Assembly: GCA_035285545.1 (NCBI GenBank)
Contig: JAYKGY010000074.1
Coordinates: 1 to 30,038, forward strand
Length of the DNA stretch: 30,038 nucleotides
Source of the DNA: Snowella sp.
GTDB taxonomy: Bacteria > Cyanobacteriota > Cyanobacteriia > Cyanobacteriales > Microcystaceae
Reading direction: 5' to 3'
Part shown: positions 27,362 to 30,038 of the stretch, piece by piece
Numbering within the stretch: position 1 is the first letter of the stretch
Layout: every line of letters starts with the position of its first letter
Notes under the pieces: model-generated
Told to the model about the DNA's origin: nothing
Seen by the model: the letters and a program-made list of their open reading frames with translations, nothing else
Database searches by the model: none
Made by a program: the position numbers and the translations under genes

Positions 27362-29929
27362 ATGAAATTTAATGTATCCCGCCTGTTTTCCCTCAATGTT
27401 ATCTTGACAATTCCATTTGTCATTCAACTCATCATCGTAATTGGCGGGATTAGCTGGCTAAGCGCACAAAGCACACGGCAAGTTGTCAATCATTTAACCC
27501 TGTTATTACTTGAAAAGGTTGGCGATCGCCTGCAATCGGAAATTGATCAGATGCTAGCGCGGCCAATTACCATTACCCAAGAACACCAAGACCTGATTGA
27601 TTTAGGGATTCTCGACTTAGATAACCTGGAACCTTGGGCACCCTACATTTATAAACAATACCTCAACTATCAAGAAGGCTCTTTGACGGGATTTTTAGTC
27701 TGCGATCGGAGCGGGGCGTTTCGTAGCGCAGGTCATACCTACGATCAACAGGGCAAAAAAATTCAAGGGTTAGGACGAGCAACTCCCAAGATCGGGTATA
27801 AATACTATGCTTATCAATCTATTCAAGATTACATCGCCAATCGGAACGAAAAATTGGTACTTGATTATTTTGATTGCACCAAAAGACCCTGGTATATAAA
27901 CACGGTAAAAACCCAAAAACCGCAATGGACTACCCTCTTTACTCGTCAGATCTATCAAAAAAGCCTCGCCATTAATTTCTCCCGTCCCCTCTATAGCCCC
28001 GATCGATCCCAACTACTGGGCGTAACCTCAGTTCAGCTTAGTTTACAGGTGCTTAATCAGTTTTTAGAAGCTTTGAAGATTGGGCAATCGGGTAGTGCTT
28101 TTATTGTTGATCAGCAAGGATATCTAATTGCGGATTCTACAGGGTTAAGTCAAATAAAAATTATTAATCAAAAAGCAGAGCCAATTCTAAGCAAGGACAG
28201 TACAAATCCCGTTATTCAAACAATTTCTCGTGATTTACTGAGTTTTAATCTAGAAAAGCCTGAAAGACAATATTTTCCTGATTTCAAGATCAATAATCAA
28301 GGCTATTTTGTCTTGACCCTCCCCCTCAAACAGCACAATGGACTCAACTGGCTAGCCGTTATTGTTATCCCACAGGCAGATTTTTTCAACACCATTTGGC
28401 AAAATCAAAGACTCACTTTTATTCTATCGACCACCGCATTATTGATTGCGATTATTCTGGGCTTAATTTCGGCTTATTTCATTACTCAACCTATTACCCG
28501 TTTAAGCCAAGCCACTTTAGAATTAGCAAAAGGAAATTGGCAAAAACCGATTGAATTGAGCGTAATTAAGGAGTTGAAAGTCCTAGCCCAAGGGTTTCAG
28601 CAAATGGCCAATCAACTTCAAGATTTTGTTAAAAAAATCCAAAATCAAGAACAGCAACTCAGGCAATTTTTAGGCGTGATGCCCATTGGCGTTACGGTCT
28701 ATAACGTGCATAATCAACAGGTTTATATCAATGAGCGTGGCAAAACCTTATTTCATACCCAACTCAATCACTTACAAGAAAAAATTCAGTTAACCCTTCA
28801 AGGAGAATCTTTTTATTTAGATGATATTAATTTAGAGATTAATGCTAACAATAATATTATTCTTGAGCTTTGGATGAAGCCGATTATAGATGATGATAAT
28901 CATATCGTCTTTGCCATTATGATTGCTCAGGATATTACAGACAGAAAACAAGCAGAAAAATTGCTAAAAAATTATAATCAGACTTTAATTAAAGCAGTTG
29001 AAAAACAAACCCAGGCGTTAGTAGTAGCAAAGAAAAAGGCAGAAGTAGCCAATGAAGCGAAAAGCTTGCTGCTGACCAATATGAGCCATGAATTAAAGAC
29101 ACCACTCCATGCCATTCTAGGATTCACCGCATTAGTGCTTAATGACCCCGCCTGTTCCTCAACGTTTACTCAATCCCTCACAATCGTCAGAAAAAATGCA
29201 ATCCATTTGCTCACATTAATTACGAATCTTTTAGATTTAGCCAAAATTGAAGCCGGAAAACTGATATTAACCCCTCAATCGGTCAATTTGATGGATTTTC
29301 TTAAAGAAATTGAAGAAATATTTCAACTCAGTGCCCAGACAAAAAAACTAGACTTTTCTGTAAATTGGCTAACCCCTTGCCCCCAGGTCATTCGCGTCGA
29401 TGTCACTAAGCTACGACAAATTCTTTTTAATTTACTCAGTAATGCCTTTAAGTTTACGCCTTTAGGAAGTGTGTCCATCACCGTTGCCTGTTATCCCTTA
29501 GCAGAAGACAAAGCTCAACTCCGTTTTTGGATTGCTGATACGGGAATAGGGATTAGCGAAGCAGAAAAAGATAAACTGTTTCATGCATTTTATCGGGGAG
29601 AAAAGTTTCCATTTTTAATTGAAGGAACGGGGTTAGGATTGGCCCTCACTCAACAATATATCCAGTTTTTAGGGGGTGAAATTACGATTGAAAGTGAACC
29701 TCAAAAGGGAACCTGCATTCATTTTCATCTACCGATCGCCATTCTCAGTCATCCCAAAGCGCAAGTAGCACAACCCAAGGTAGAGCAACTCAAAAATTCT
29801 CCGTTGACCTCACTGCAAATTGCCCAAACAATCAAATGTCTGCCTTTATCTTGGTGTCATGCTTTCTATGACGCTTTAATGGTTCTTGATGAACCGACCA
29901 TGTTGAGATTACTAAGTAGGTCAACTTAA
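27362..29929 (+). CDS. Membrane sensor histidine kinase (Cache-HAMP-PAS-like-HisKA-HATPase), C-terminus probably truncated
   Basis: Two TM segments flanking a Cache-like domain (RPWY, AFIVDQQG.LIA), HAMP (ITQPI.RL...EL..LA..F.QM), QDITDRK, NMSHELKTP, LRQILFNLLSNAFKFT, DTGIGI, GTGLGL. Confidence 0.92.
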   Translation: MKFNVSRLFSLNVILTIPFVIQLIIVIGGISWLSAQSTRQVVNHLTLLLLEKVGDRLQSEIDQMLARPITITQEHQDLIDLGILDLDNLEPWAPYIYKQYLNYQEGSLTGFLVCDRSGAFRSAGHTYDQQGKKIQGLGRATPKIGYKYYAYQSIQDYIANRNEKLVLDYFDCTKRPWYINTVKTQKPQWTTLFTRQIYQKSLAINFSRPLYSPDRSQLLGVTSVQLSLQVLNQFLEALKIGQSGSAFIVDQQGYLIADSTGLSQIKIINQKAEPILSKDSTNPVIQTISRDLLSFNLEKPERQYFPDFKINNQGYFVLTLPLKQHNGLNWLAVIVIPQADFFNTIWQNQRLTFILSTTALLIAIILGLISAYFITQPITRLSQATLELAKGNWQKPIELSVIKELKVLAQGFQQMANQLQDFVKKIQNQEQQLRQFLGVMPIGVTVYNVHNQQVYINERGKTLFHTQLNHLQEKIQLTLQGESFYLDDINLEINANNNIILELWMKPIIDDDNHIVFAIMIAQDITDRKQAEKLLKNYNQTLIKAVEKQTQALVVAKKKAEVANEAKSLLLTNMSHELKTPLHAILGFTALVLNDPACSSTFTQSLTIVRKNAIHLLTLITNLLDLAKIEAGKLILTPQSVNLMDFLKEIEEIFQLSAQTKKLDFSVNWLTPCPQVIRVDVTKLRQILFNLLSNAFKFTPLGSVSITVACYPLAEDKAQLRFWIADTGIGISEAEKDKLFHAFYRGEKFPFLIEGTGLGLALTQQYIQFLGGEITIESEPQKGTCIHFHLPIAILSHPKAQVAQPKVEQLKNSPLTSLQIAQTIKCLPLSWCHAFYDALMVLDEPTMLRLLSRST

Positions 29930-30038
29930 TTAAAAGAAAAACGAGAAACGGAATATCCACCTTGTCTGGCTCGATTCTCAATTCCTTCAATCAGAGCATA
30001 GGCTAAATCTAACTCATCATCAAAGACTCGACCCGCTA
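29913..30038 (-). mobile_element. Right end of a probable IS630-family element; transposase C-terminus at 29926..30036 on - strand
   Basis: The minus strand reads AGRVFDDELDLAYALIEGIENRARQGGYSVSRFSFN*, which I recognise as resembling cyanobacterial IS630 transposase C-termini. The boundary TA-AGTAGG fits TA targeting. Confidence 0.7.

Larger units (their letters stand above)
942..27529. repeat. HIP1 octamer GCGATCGC, dispersed (more than 30 copies by manual count)
   Basis: Examples: 942, 2292, 2732, 5384, 7287, 7923, 9526, 14753, 18590, 24043, 27522. Confidence 0.95.

Overview
Cyanobacterial chromosomal window, recognised from more than 30 HIP1 GCGATCGC sites, an STRR-like heptamer array and GTAG-type REP hairpins. 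It starts inside a very large secreted RTX/cadherin-like surface protein. It then carries YegP/DUF1508 and DUF29 genes, and a pntA/pntB transhydrogenase pair separated by two genes, one a DUF559 endonuclease bracketed by inverted C/G-run hairpin repeats. Next come a cytochrome b-domain protein, rplI, a K+ channel, a NUDIX hydrolase and a MATE transporter. A long minus-strand run follows: pentapeptide-repeat membrane protein, TPR protein, VOC enzyme, TIGR04283-like glycosyltransferase, and a tight trio of heme-oxygenase-like diiron enzyme, NPPY methyltransferase and SDR. After that are an AT-rich orphan glycosyltransferase-like gene, an FGE-sulfatase (CLec-fold) protein, galK, a bile-acid:Na+ symporter, a class IV aminotransferase and a Cache-HAMP-PAS histidine kinase whose 3' end appears cut by an IS630-like element running off the window. 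The best leads are (1) the DUF559 nuclease with its hairpin repeat family, including a near-identical stand-alone copy 21 kb away, (2) the uncharacterised diiron oxidase/methyltransferase/SDR operon, and (3) the FGE gene 3' end, which looks like a remote diversity-generating-retroelement target. All family assignments come from motif recognition by eye, not database searches.
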